Position numbers and translations under genes: made by a program. Positions 20,052 through 29,331 of a stretch of 64,000 bases of DNA are shown piece by piece (positions within the stretch are counted from its first letter, which is position 1; each line of letters opens with the position of its first letter). The notes under the pieces are model-generated. The model made no database searches and was not told the origin of the DNA. It saw only the letters and a list, made by a program, of their open reading frames with translations. Origin of the DNA: Sphingopyxis sp. (GTDB lineage Bacteria > Pseudomonadota > Alphaproteobacteria > Sphingomonadales > Sphingomonadaceae); NCBI GenBank assembly GCA_016463225.1, contig JAEMRT010000005.1, forward strand, positions 33,363 to 97,362. The letters run 5' to 3'.

Positions 20052-20951
20052 GTGACGAGCCGGACCGGACTGCCTTTGCGCGCCTTGCTCTTTGTACCGG
20101 GCGATTCTGAAAGAAAGATCACCAAGGGGCTCGATACGAACGCCGATATCCTCATCCTCGACCTCGAGGACGCGGTGGCTCCCGCCATGAAGGACTCAGC
20201 CAGATCAATAGTTTCAGGTCTGCTGTCGGCAAGCAGGCGCAAGCCTTTGGTCGCTCGCGTCAATGCATTTGATACGACCTGGCATCTCTCCGATGTTGCC
20301 TCGATTGTTCCGCTCGCGCCCGACGCCATCATGCTACCGAAATGCGAGAGCGTAGCCGACGTGATACGGCTCGACGCCCAGATTGCGACGCTCGAGGCGA
20401 GTGCTGGGCTCCGGCCCGGTATCATACAGATCATCCCGCTTGTCACCGAGACCGCCGCGTCACTCCTGTCCATGGATTATCGCGGCGCTAGCGAGCGCCT
20501 CGCGGGCCTGGCATTCGCCGGCGAGGATCTGGCAGCCGATCTCGGCGTCTCGCCGCGCGACGAGATGGGGCTCAACCCGCTCCTGGTCGATGCACGTCGC
20601 CGGGTTGCGATTGCTGCGGCCGCGGCCCAAGTGCCCGCGATCGACACGCCGTTCCCGGATCCGCGCGATGCCGCTGGCCTGTCGCGCGAGACATCAGAGG
20701 CGGCGCGCTTGGGGTTCGCCGGGAAGATGTGTATCCATCCGGGGCAAATCGACGCCGTGCGCTCGGCGCTTTGCCCTCCCGAAAACCAGATTGTCTGGTC
20801 TCGGGCCGTTGTGGCTCATTTTGCTTCGGCTTCCGACAATGGTGTCACGCTCCTCGATGGGAAAATGATCGATCGGGCGCATCTTCGGCTCGCCGAGCGC
20901 TGCTTGTCGCGCTGCACCGCTGCGGAACTGGCGGCGACGCACGCCGGCTGA
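20052..20951 (+). CDS. CitE/HpcH-family CoA-ester lyase (citramalyl-CoA-lyase-like)
   Basis: RALLFVPG, ILDLEDAV, ARVN, LPKCE, AGEDL and GKMCIHP. Confidence 0.9.
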   Translation: MTSRTGLPLRALLFVPGDSERKITKGLDTNADILILDLEDAVAPAMKDSARSIVSGLLSASRRKPLVARVNAFDTTWHLSDVASIVPLAPDAIMLPKCESVADVIRLDAQIATLEASAGLRPGIIQIIPLVTETAASLLSMDYRGASERLAGLAFAGEDLAADLGVSPRDEMGLNPLLVDARRRVAIAAAAAQVPAIDTPFPDPRDAAGLSRETSEAARLGFAGKMCIHPGQIDAVRSALCPPENQIVWSRAVVAHFASASDNGVTLLDGKMIDRAHLRLAERCLSRCTAAELAATHAG

Positions 20952-20980
20952 CGCTTGGCAATCGGGTTCTTGCTGCTCCA

Positions 20981-21835
20981 TCAGACGCTGGCCGTTGCCG
21001 CCATGACCGGCCGCCCGTCGCGGGCGAAGGCGCCGAGTTCTACCGCATCGCCGCTGCCGCGCAGGACGAGATGCAGATCCTCGCCGCAGATAGCGGGTGA
21101 GGTTCCCCGGAAATCGAAACGTGTGAGGGCGTTGTCGCCGAAATGCCGCGCCGCGAGGTCGAGCAGCAGCGTTGCGGCAAGCGGGCCGTGGACGACAAGG
21201 CCTCGATAGCCTTCTTCTTGGGTCGCATAGGGCAGGTCGTAATGGATGCGGTGGCTGTTGAAGGTCAGCGCCGAGTAGCGGAACAGTAGCGCCTCCGACG
21301 GCACGAGCATCCGGTGCGCGTCCCAGTCGGACGTATCGAAGCTGCCATCGCCGGGCGGCGGCGGGGCGGGCGGCGCTCCGGCTGGCGCCGGTTCGCGGAA
21401 GACTATCGACTGCATTTCGTGCACCGCTAGTTCGCCGTCGCCGTGGGTTTCGTGGGCGACCTCGGCGAACACGAGCTTGCCGGTGCCGCCCTGCTTCTCG
21501 GTGATCGAGACGACGCGCGCGCTGCGAATCACCGATTGGCCGGGGCGCAGGGGGGCGAGGAATTCGACCTTGCTCGCGGCCCACATGCGGCGAGGGAGCG
21601 GGATGGGCGGCAGGAAGCTGTCGTCGCTGTCCTCGCGCACCGGATGTCCGTCGGCGCCGAGGATCGCAGTGGGGGCATCGGGAAGGCAGAGGCACCAGTG
21701 ATAGGCTTGCGGGACGCTGCTGTCGCTAGGGGCGGCGCGGTCGAGCGTCGCGAGCCAGCGCTTCGCTGCGGCCGGTTCGACATGATCGTGGCGAATATCC
21801 TCGCGGCCGATCCAGGCGTCCCAATTGCTCATCAT
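20981..21835 (-). CDS. MaoC/HTD2-type hydratase (itaconyl/mesaconyl-CoA hydratase-like)
   Basis: LGADGHP, PRRMWA and LFRYSALTFNSHRIHYD...GLVVHGP. Confidence 0.88.
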   Translation of the reverse strand: MMSNWDAWIGREDIRHDHVEPAAAKRWLATLDRAAPSDSSVPQAYHWCLCLPDAPTAILGADGHPVREDSDDSFLPPIPLPRRMWAASKVEFLAPLRPGQSVIRSARVVSITEKQGGTGKLVFAEVAHETHGDGELAVHEMQSIVFREPAPAGAPPAPPPPGDGSFDTSDWDAHRMLVPSEALLFRYSALTFNSHRIHYDLPYATQEEGYRGLVVHGPLAATLLLDLAARHFGDNALTRFDFRGTSPAICGEDLHLVLRGSGDAVELGAFARDGRPVMAATASV

Positions 21836-21903
21836 TTACGTCCTCCGGTCAGCGCGGCGCGATAGGCCTGTGCAGCCACCAAGGTAGATCGTAAGTCGCT
21901 CAC
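21832..21903 (-). pseudogene. 23-codon mini-ORF, probably an internally deleted gene
   Basis: GTG two nucleotides after the thiolase stop; reads MSDLRSTLVAAQAYRAALTGGRK*. Its stop overlaps the hydratase start (ATGA). Confidence 0.4.
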
Positions 21904-21905
21904 GC

Positions 21906-23120
21906 TCAGGCGGCGCGCTCGAAGATCGCCGCGATGCCTTGACCACCGCCGATGCACATCGTCTCGAGGCCGTAGCGGCCATTGCGGCGGACGAGTTCGC
22001 GCGTCAGATTGGCGAGGATGCGCCCGCCGGTGGCGCCGATCGGATGGCCGAGCGAGATACCCGATCCGTTGACGTTGAGGATTTCGTTCCGGCTGTCGTC
22101 ATCGGACCAGCCCCAACCCTTGAGCACCGCGAGAACCTGCGGTGCGAAGGCTTCGTTGAGTTCGACGAGGTCAATGTCGCCCCAGCCCAGCCCATTGCGG
22201 GCGAAGAGGCGTTCGACAGCGGGAACCGGGCCGATACCCATGCGGCTGGGGTCGCAGCCCGCCGCCGCCGAGCTGTGGTACCAGGCGATCGGTTCGAGCC
22301 CGAGTTCGTCGAGCTTGTCCTCGGCGACGACGAGGCACGCGGCGGCAGCGTCATTCTGCTGGCTCGCATTGCCCGCGGTGACCACGCCGCCTTCGAGCGG
22401 CCCCAGCTTGCCGAGTGTTTCGAGCGTCGCGTCGGCGCGGTATCCTTCGTCGTGCGCGAAGATCACCGGGCCGCCCTTTTTCTGCGGCACCGATACCGGC
22501 ACCAGCTCGTCGTCGAACAGCCCATTCGCCCACGCCGCAGCAGCGCGCTGGTGGCTGCGCACAGCATAGGCGTCGCATGCCTCGCGGCTGATGTCATAAT
22601 CCTTCGCCAGATTTTCGGCGGTGTCGATCATACCGGTGATGACACCGAAGCGCTCGATCGGCTGCGACATCACGCGGCCGCGCGTCAACCGGTCGTGAAG
22701 CGTGAGGTTGCCCGCGCGGATGCCCTTGCGGACGTCGGTCGTATAATGCTCGACGTTCGACATCGATTCGACGCCGCCCGCGACGACAACGTCGGACATG
22801 CCCGTCTGCACCATCATCGCGGCGTTGGTCACCGCCTGCAGTCCCGACCCGCAGCGGCGATCGAGTTGATATCCCGGCACTTCGAGCGGCAGGCCCGCGG
22901 CAAGCCACGACCAGTGGCCGATGCTCGGCGCCTCGCCATTTCCGTAACCTTGCGAAAAGACGACGTCGTCGACGCGCGCCGGATCGATCTTCGTACGTTC
23001 GACCAGCGCCTTCAGGATCACCGCACCCAATTCGCCCGCGGTCAGCGAAGACAGGCTGCCGCCGAACTTGCCTACGGCGGTGCGGATCGGTGCGACAATG
23101 GCGGCGCGGCGAAGGGGCAT
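21906..23120 (-). CDS. Acetyl-CoA C-acyltransferase (thiolase)
   Basis: DRRCGSG, GGVESMS, NEAFA, GHPIGATG and CIGGGQG. Confidence 0.95.
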   Translation of the reverse strand: MPLRRAAIVAPIRTAVGKFGGSLSSLTAGELGAVILKALVERTKIDPARVDDVVFSQGYGNGEAPSIGHWSWLAAGLPLEVPGYQLDRRCGSGLQAVTNAAMMVQTGMSDVVVAGGVESMSNVEHYTTDVRKGIRAGNLTLHDRLTRGRVMSQPIERFGVITGMIDTAENLAKDYDISREACDAYAVRSHQRAAAAWANGLFDDELVPVSVPQKKGGPVIFAHDEGYRADATLETLGKLGPLEGGVVTAGNASQQNDAAAACLVVAEDKLDELGLEPIAWYHSSAAAGCDPSRMGIGPVPAVERLFARNGLGWGDIDLVELNEAFAPQVLAVLKGWGWSDDDSRNEILNVNGSGISLGHPIGATGGRILANLTRELVRRNGRYGLETMCIGGGQGIAAIFERAA

Positions 23121-23164
23121 GGCTTGGGTCTCCGGTCAGGCAAAGGGGGACGGGTCGGCGTCGA

Positions 23165-24334
23165 TCAGTTCGCCGCGGCAAATTCGCGCAGCATATGCTT
23201 AGCGATCTGGAGCTGCAGGATCTGCGTCGTACCTTCGTAGATGCGATAGATGCGCGCATCGCGGAAGAAGCGTTCGGCATCATATTCGGCGAGATAGCCC
23301 GCGCCGCCATAAACCTGGACGCAGGCGTCGACGACGCGCCCGCACATTTCGGATGCGAACACCTTGAACGCCGCGGCTTTTCTGAGGACATTCTCGCCCG
23401 CGTCGGCGCGGCGCGTGACATCTTTCATCATGCATTCGGCGGCATAGATGTCGATCTCGCTCTGCGCGAGCATCTGCTGAATCAGCTGGAAGTTGGCGAT
23501 CGGTTCACCGAATGCCTTGCGTTCGGTCGCGTAGCGCACTGCGCTGTCGAGTGCGCGGCGGGCATAAGCCGTGGCCGCGGCGCCGACCGACATCCGGCCG
23601 TTGTCGAGGCTCATCATTGCGAAGGCGAAGCCTTTGCCGAGCTCGCCGCCGAGCAAAGCTTCACCGCCGACGCGGACATCGTCCATCACGATATCCGCGA
23701 TATGGCTGCCCGACTGGCCCATCTTCTTGTCCGACTTGCCGATCGTCACGCCGGCAGCATCGAGCGGCACGATGAAGGCCGAGACATGGGCGTTCTTGGG
23801 CAGATTGTCCTTGCTGGTGCGCGCCATGATCAGGCCGACCTTGGCGAAGGGGGAGTTGGTGATGTAGCGTTTGGTGCCGTTGAGCACCCAGCCATTGTCG
23901 GTCTGGGTCGCGGTGGTCTGAAGCCCCGCCGAGTCCGATCCCGAACCCGGCTCGGTCAGGCCGAACGCGGCGATCTCGCCTGACGCGACGCGTGGCAGCC
24001 ACTCGGCCTTCTGCGCCTCGGTCCCGCCATTCTTCAGCGCGGAGGCGAACATGCCGATGTTGATCGAGATGATCGAACGGAACGCCGGCATCGCATAGCT
24101 CAGCGTATGGATGGTGCGGATATACTGGCTGACGTTCATCCCCGCGCCGCCATGCTCCTCGGGGATCGTCAGGCCGAACAGGCCCATGTCGCGCATCTCG
24201 GACAGGATCTCGTCCGGAAGCTCGTCGCTCTCGATGATCTCCTTCTCCGCGGGGAGAAGGCGTTCGCGCACATAGCGCTGAAGCTGTTCGATGAATTGCT
24301 CGAAGACGTCTGCGTCCATGCCGGGGTTGCTCAT
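23165..24334 (-). CDS. Acyl-CoA dehydrogenase
   Basis: FGLTEPGSGSD, NGTKRYITN, QVYGGAGY and YEGTTQI. Confidence 0.95.
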   Translation of the reverse strand: MSNPGMDADVFEQFIEQLQRYVRERLLPAEKEIIESDELPDEILSEMRDMGLFGLTIPEEHGGAGMNVSQYIRTIHTLSYAMPAFRSIISINIGMFASALKNGGTEAQKAEWLPRVASGEIAAFGLTEPGSGSDSAGLQTTATQTDNGWVLNGTKRYITNSPFAKVGLIMARTSKDNLPKNAHVSAFIVPLDAAGVTIGKSDKKMGQSGSHIADIVMDDVRVGGEALLGGELGKGFAFAMMSLDNGRMSVGAAATAYARRALDSAVRYATERKAFGEPIANFQLIQQMLAQSEIDIYAAECMMKDVTRRADAGENVLRKAAAFKVFASEMCGRVVDACVQVYGGAGYLAEYDAERFFRDARIYRIYEGTTQILQLQIAKHMLREFAAAN

Positions 24335-24344
24335 GGCTTGATCC

Positions 24345-25265
24345 TCAAATCGGGTCGTAAGGAAACACATGCGCCGACACTTCGTCGGCGCGCGCAAAGC
24401 TGGGGCGGAAGGCCGGGACCAGTTCGTCGGCGATCGTCTCGGCGGTCCAGCCTTCGACCTTCGTCATCGAACGAATGGGGCGCGGCTTCGAAAAGAGCAT
24501 GATCTCGTTCTTGCGCACTGAAAAGATTTGGTTCGTCACATCCTTCGACAGGTCGGAGGCGAGATAGGCGACGAGCGGCGCGATCTTGTCGGCCGACATT
24601 GACTGGAGGCGCTGGACGCGCTCCTGTTCGGCGGACGTCGTCGCGGGGATGGACGAGGTCATGCGGCTCCATGCGAAGGGCGCGATGCAGTTCGAGCGCA
24701 CCCCGACGCGCGCCATGTCGAGCGCGATCGATTGCGACAGCGCAACGACGCCGAGCTTCGCGGCAGAATAATTCGCTTGGCCGATATTTCCGATCAACCC
24801 GCTGGTTGAGGTGAAGTGGATGAAGCTACCCGACTGCTGCTCACGGAAATAGGGCGTCGCGGCCTTCGACACGTTGAACACGCCGGTCAGATTGACCTCG
24901 ATGACGCTCTTCCAATCCTCATAGCTCATCTTGTGCCAGATCATGTCGCGGAGGATGCCGGCATTGTTCACGACCGCGTCGATCTGACCGAACTTCAATA
25001 TCGCATCCTCGATGATCGACGCGGCTTCCTTCGGGTCGGCAACGTTGGCGAAGTTCGCGGCCGCCTTGCCACCCGCGGCGATAATGTCGTTGGCGGTCGT
25101 TTCGGCCGGCGCGGCGTCGCCACCGTCGCCCGCCTGCGCCACTCCCGGGTCGTTGACGATGACCGCCGCGCCCTGTGCCGCGCAATACAGCGCCAGCTCG
25201 CGCCCGATCCCGCGTCCCGCGCCGGTGATCGCGACGACTTTTCCTGCCAACGCTTTGGGCATCAT
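24345..25265 (-). CDS. SDR-family 3-hydroxyacyl-CoA dehydrogenase-like oxidoreductase
   Basis: TGAGRGIG, NNAGILRD and YSAAK. Confidence 0.93.
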   Translation of the reverse strand: MMPKALAGKVVAITGAGRGIGRELALYCAAQGAAVIVNDPGVAQAGDGGDAAPAETTANDIIAAGGKAAANFANVADPKEAASIIEDAILKFGQIDAVVNNAGILRDMIWHKMSYEDWKSVIEVNLTGVFNVSKAATPYFREQQSGSFIHFTSTSGLIGNIGQANYSAAKLGVVALSQSIALDMARVGVRSNCIAPFAWSRMTSSIPATTSAEQERVQRLQSMSADKIAPLVAYLASDLSKDVTNQIFSVRKNEIMLFSKPRPIRSMTKVEGWTAETIADELVPAFRPSFARADEVSAHVFPYDPI

Positions 25266-25314
25266 GCTTTCCCTTCGGTTCGAGATGCATCCATAAACTG
25301 CACGTGGCATGGAA

Positions 25315-25349
25315 TTCATCATTTAGAATGAAGATTTCAGAATGTTGAA
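25315..25349. promoter_or_regulatory. Tandem candidate IclR operator upstream of the SDR operon
   Basis: TTCATCATTTAGAA-N7-TTCAGAATGTTGAA. Confidence 0.6.
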
Positions 25350-25782
25350 TTTTTCTGCGACGGAAGGGGCGAGAGGGAGGCATTTCGCGCCGACCGATGG
25401 CCCCGCTCAGATACTCCCCCGCTTCAGGAGGCGACCTGCGTTCTCACGCGCAAGGGAGCGCATCCTCCACCGCGGCCGCGGGAGGCCAGGCTGCCCTAGC
25501 GAGTTTCCGCATGATCCGGCCTCCGGCCGGATCAGAGCGATAGTGGGGCGATGCTTTGCGATGGGTAAATAGCCGCGAGAGAGTCTTGCGGTGCCCGATA
25601 TTGGGCCGGATGCTGCCCGCGGCGCTGATCTCTTCCCTTCTCGGGGTCGGCACCGAGTATATGTCGGGCGGCGACGGCGACCTCGTGCGCGCATTGCGTT
25701 CCGGATTGCAGTGCAGGCCGAACGAGGCGGGGACCTGATGTCGAAGCTCTCCCGCAAATGTCAACACAACCTAGTCCAATAC

Positions 25783-25819
25783 GCTGCAACTTTGCGCGGC
25801 CGCGCTGCACCATCGCAGC
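25783..25819. promoter_or_regulatory. Tandem candidate enhancer (UAS) sites
   Basis: GCTGCA-ACTT-TGCGCG and GCTGCA-CCAT-CGCAGC, 21 nt apart. They resemble the sites at 11757-11788. Confidence 0.5.
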
Positions 25820-25884
25820 GACGCGCACGAGGGAAACGATACGAGGAAAATCTAAGAATTTGTATTTAAACGACTTATCCATAG

Positions 25885-25900
25885 TGGCGCGAACATTGCT
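25885..25900 (+). promoter_or_regulatory. Sigma54 promoter of the TonB-dependent receptor
   Basis: TGGCGCGAACATTGCT (GG-N10-GC), preceded by an AT-rich tract. Confidence 0.75.
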
Positions 25901-25952
25901 TTAGTTCCCCGACACGGCCGGCAAACGGCTCGGAACCAAAAGGGGGTGAGCA

Positions 25953-28283
25953 ATGAAGTCCTGTACAACTATATCCGTGTCGAAGCGGGCGCTCAGCGGC
26001 CTGCTGCTGGGGACCTCGCTTGTGGCCGCCACCGCCGTTCAGGCGCAGGATGGAAACACGATAACCGACAATAGGACCGACGAAGCGCAGCAGGATGACG
26101 GGTCGGTGTTCAGCCAAGAAATTACCGTCACCGCGACGCGGCGGTCGGAATCGGTGAACAATGTCGGCATTTCGATCACCGCGCTCGGCGGCGAGCAATT
26201 GGCCAACCTGCGGATCAACGAGCCCGAAAAGCTGGCGCTGGTTACCCCCGGCGTGACGATCGCCAAGGCGGCCGGATCGGCGGTCAGCGTGATCACCATT
26301 CGCGGATCGGGCAACAGCGACTTCGCCGCACACCATGAAACGCCGAGCGCGGTCTATTTCGATGGCATCTATGCCGGCGCCGCGACAGGGGGCAGCTTTC
26401 CGGCCTTTGACCTCGAGCGCGTCGAGGTGCTGCGCGGACCGCAGGGCACGCTTTTCGGTCGCAATGCGACCGGCGGCCTCGTGCATTTCATCAGCCGCCA
26501 GCCGACGCAGCATTTCGAGGCCGGCGGTGAGATCGGCTATGGCCGTTTCGACCAGCTACGCGCCGAAGCCTATATCAGCGGTGCGCTGTCTGAAGCCGTT
26601 TCGGCGCGCCTCTCCGGCTTTTACATTCGCGACGACGGCAATGTCGAAAATCAGTCGGGCGGAGCGCGGCTCGGCGCGCAGGACCGGCTCGCGGGCCGCT
26701 TCCAGTTGCTGATCGAGCCCGGTTCCGATACCGAGGTCCGTCTGATCGCGCGCGGGTTTCGCGAGCGCTCGCGCGACGGTGTCTATGACCCGCTGCCCTC
26801 ATATGTTGATGCCAACGGGGTCAGCCAGTTTGTCCCCGCCGACGGCGATATCCATGGCACCGGCGCCGGCAAGGATTTCTACGGCTATCGCGAAGCCGAC
26901 GACAATCCCTGGACCGCCTCGCCCAACCTGATCGGCCGGATGAACAAGGACATCTATGCCTTCACGGGCAGCATCAATCACGACTTCGGCGGAGCCAAGC
27001 TGAGTTCGTTGACCGATTATACCAAGGTCAAATCCTATTATCTCGAAGACACCGATTCGACCCCTTTCGCTCAGGCATTTTACGACGCATCCGAAAATTC
27101 CGGCCAATGGTCGCAAGAACTGCGCCTGAACGACGACGACGGGGCATTCCGCTGGGTCGGCGGCATCTATCTGCTCAAGCTCGACGGACTCTATAACACG
27201 CGCTTTTCGCTGCCGACGCTCGCCAACCTCTTCGATCCCGAAGCCTTCCCCGACCCCCTGTCGAGCGCGACCCCAACCAGCGTTTATGAGGTACGTACCA
27301 AGACTGCCGCGGTCTTCTTTCAGGCCGAACAGGATTTGTCGGAACAGTTGACGCTGATTGCCGGCATACGCTGGACCTGGGACAAACGGAAACTCGACCT
27401 GTTCGGCTCGTGCGTCGAGACGGCCGAAGGCGCCTGTGCGTTCGACGGCTTCCTGACCTCACCCGACATCATCAGTGCGATCGGTGGCGCCGACAACATG
27501 ATCCACCTGGGCCAGAAGAGCGACGACTGGTCAGGCCGCATCGAACTCGACTGGAAGGTGGCGCCGGGCATGCTGATCTATGCCAGCGCCAGCAAGGGTC
27601 TGAAGGGGGGCGGCTTCACCGTCCCGCTCGACGGTCTGCTCCGCCCGGACCAGCTACCCTATCGTCCCGAAAATCTCTATGCCTATGAGCTCGGCTTCAA
27701 GGCCCGCGTGATCCCCGAGCTCAGGATCAACGGCAGCGCCTTTTATTATGATTACAGGAACTTCCAGACCTTTCTGTTCAGCGGCTTGACCTCGGTCATC
27801 CTGAACAAGCAGGGCAATTTCAAGGGCGGCGAGCTTGAGGTCGTCGCGACTCCCGGCGACGGTGTCGACCTGCTCGGCGGTGTGTCCTATCTCGACGCCC
27901 GGGTGGAGGATGTCGCGACGCCGAACGGCGTTATGGACCAGCGCCCGATCAATTCGCCCAAGTGGAAACTCAACTGGCTGGCGCGCAAGGCGTTCGACCT
28001 CGGCGAGTATACGCTGGCGGTCCAATATGACGGTAACTATTCGTCGAGCCGCTATTACAACGTCGTCAATTCGCCCGTCGTGCGGGCCGGCTCCTATGCG
28101 CTGCACAATGCGAGCATCTCGCTCGCGCCGTCGTCGGACCGGTGGAAGCTGTCGGCTTATGTCGAAAATATCGGAAACACCGCCAATATCAATTCGATCT
28201 TCGACCTTTCGACGCTCGGCTACACGATCCGCAAGTTCGGGCGCCAGCGGACGTTCGGACTATCGCTCGCCGCCAAATATTGA
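25953..28283 (+). CDS. TonB-dependent receptor
   Basis: Signal peptide, EITVTATRR TonB box, RVEVLRGPQGTLFGRN and a C-terminal aromatic residue. Confidence 0.95.
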   Translation: MKSCTTISVSKRALSGLLLGTSLVAATAVQAQDGNTITDNRTDEAQQDDGSVFSQEITVTATRRSESVNNVGISITALGGEQLANLRINEPEKLALVTPGVTIAKAAGSAVSVITIRGSGNSDFAAHHETPSAVYFDGIYAGAATGGSFPAFDLERVEVLRGPQGTLFGRNATGGLVHFISRQPTQHFEAGGEIGYGRFDQLRAEAYISGALSEAVSARLSGFYIRDDGNVENQSGGARLGAQDRLAGRFQLLIEPGSDTEVRLIARGFRERSRDGVYDPLPSYVDANGVSQFVPADGDIHGTGAGKDFYGYREADDNPWTASPNLIGRMNKDIYAFTGSINHDFGGAKLSSLTDYTKVKSYYLEDTDSTPFAQAFYDASENSGQWSQELRLNDDDGAFRWVGGIYLLKLDGLYNTRFSLPTLANLFDPEAFPDPLSSATPTSVYEVRTKTAAVFFQAEQDLSEQLTLIAGIRWTWDKRKLDLFGSCVETAEGACAFDGFLTSPDIISAIGGADNMIHLGQKSDDWSGRIELDWKVAPGMLIYASASKGLKGGGFTVPLDGLLRPDQLPYRPENLYAYELGFKARVIPELRINGSAFYYDYRNFQTFLFSGLTSVILNKQGNFKGGELEVVATPGDGVDLLGGVSYLDARVEDVATPNGVMDQRPINSPKWKLNWLARKAFDLGEYTLAVQYDGNYSSSRYYNVVNSPVVRAGSYALHNASISLAPSSDRWKLSAYVENIGNTANINSIFDLSTLGYTIRKFGRQRTFGLSLAAKY

Positions 28284-29054
28284 AGCGACGATGTCGGACG
28301 GGCCCAGAGGAGGGGTCCGGCCGCAGCCGGTGTCCTCGACCGGCAACATCGCCGTGGTGACGGGCGCCGCGGGCAGCAGGCCGACGCCCGTAAACAGCAT
28401 CCACAACGACAGCGCGCCGATCAAGGGTAGCTCGATGGCCTGCGCCACATTCGCGAGGCCCGCGATGGCGAAGATGAAATTGGCTCCAAAAAAGAACCCG
28501 GCGACGATGAGCAAGCCGCCGAGGCCGGCGTTTGTCTGGAGTTGAGCCCGGCCGACGACGATGCACCAAAAAGCCATCAGCGGCCCTTCCACCCACCATA
28601 GCCCTCCCTGGGCCATGGCGACCACCCCCAGCCATGTACTTTCCGAGGCCGCCCGGATCATGGCATCGCCTGTGGCATGCGCATGGGCCAACGCCGGCAA
28701 TGCCGCGAGTTGCATAGAGGCGCCCGCAACACCCAACACCACGAAGCACGTTATACACAGCGTCGCAATTTCGATAAACACATCCCGGTCCCCGCGCCGC
28801 CGCGACCAGAAATAGCCTCCAACGACCAAGAACGACAGGTAGACGCCGATGTCGGCGAGCATCGACGCGACGAACCAGTTTTGCGCTGCAGCTGTCATCG
28901 CCAATGCCATCGCGGGGTGCGCCAAAACCTCGAAGTCGCCTCCGACCGCGATCGCATAGCAGGCCAGCATGGCCCAGATGAACAGCGCTCCGAGAATCGC
29001 CGCGCACGCAGCAAATCTACGGCCAGAATCGGTCGAGGTTTTTACGATGGACAT
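28260..29054 (-). CDS. Multi-pass membrane protein (DUF4386-like), function unknown
   Basis: About 6 hydrophobic segments. Overlaps the 3' end of the TBDR by 24 nt, convergently. Confidence 0.65.
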   Translation of the reverse strand: MSIVKTSTDSGRRFAACAAILGALFIWAMLACYAIAVGGDFEVLAHPAMALAMTAAAQNWFVASMLADIGVYLSFLVVGGYFWSRRRGDRDVFIEIATLCITCFVVLGVAGASMQLAALPALAHAHATGDAMIRAASESTWLGVVAMAQGGLWWVEGPLMAFWCIVVGRAQLQTNAGLGGLLIVAGFFFGANFIFAIAGLANVAQAIELPLIGALSLWMLFTGVGLLPAAPVTTAMLPVEDTGCGRTPPLGPSDIVASIFGGER

Positions 29055-29176
29055 ATTAGGCTCCAGCAGTTCGACCCCTTGCCAGGGGGGGCTCGACAAA
29101 GGATTTTGATTTGATCGCCCGACGAAGATCATCGCCGTCGTCCGGTGTGAGACCGCCGTGCGACCCGGATATGATA

Positions 29177-29277
29177 TTTGTCAAGAGTCAAAGTTTGAGG
29201 AGGCGATCTAGTCGGAGCGCTCTTCCCCGTCGCAGCGCCGCCATTCACCCGGTAATAAAAACTTGACTGATGACAAA
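29177..29277. promoter_or_regulatory. Two candidate TetR operators in a divergent promoter
   Basis: TTTGTC-AAGA-GTCAAA (29177) and CTTGAC-TGAT-GACAAA (29262). Confidence 0.65.
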
Positions 29278-29331
29278 TTTGTTGCTCGACCCGCCGCAAT
29301 AAGTGTCCGCGATGGGAAGGAAATCGAATCT

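Noticed and set aside
25407-25767. Short minus-strand ORFs between the SDR gene and the TBDR
   Set aside because: They look vaguely coding but match no family I recognise. They may be a decayed gene, which I cannot support.
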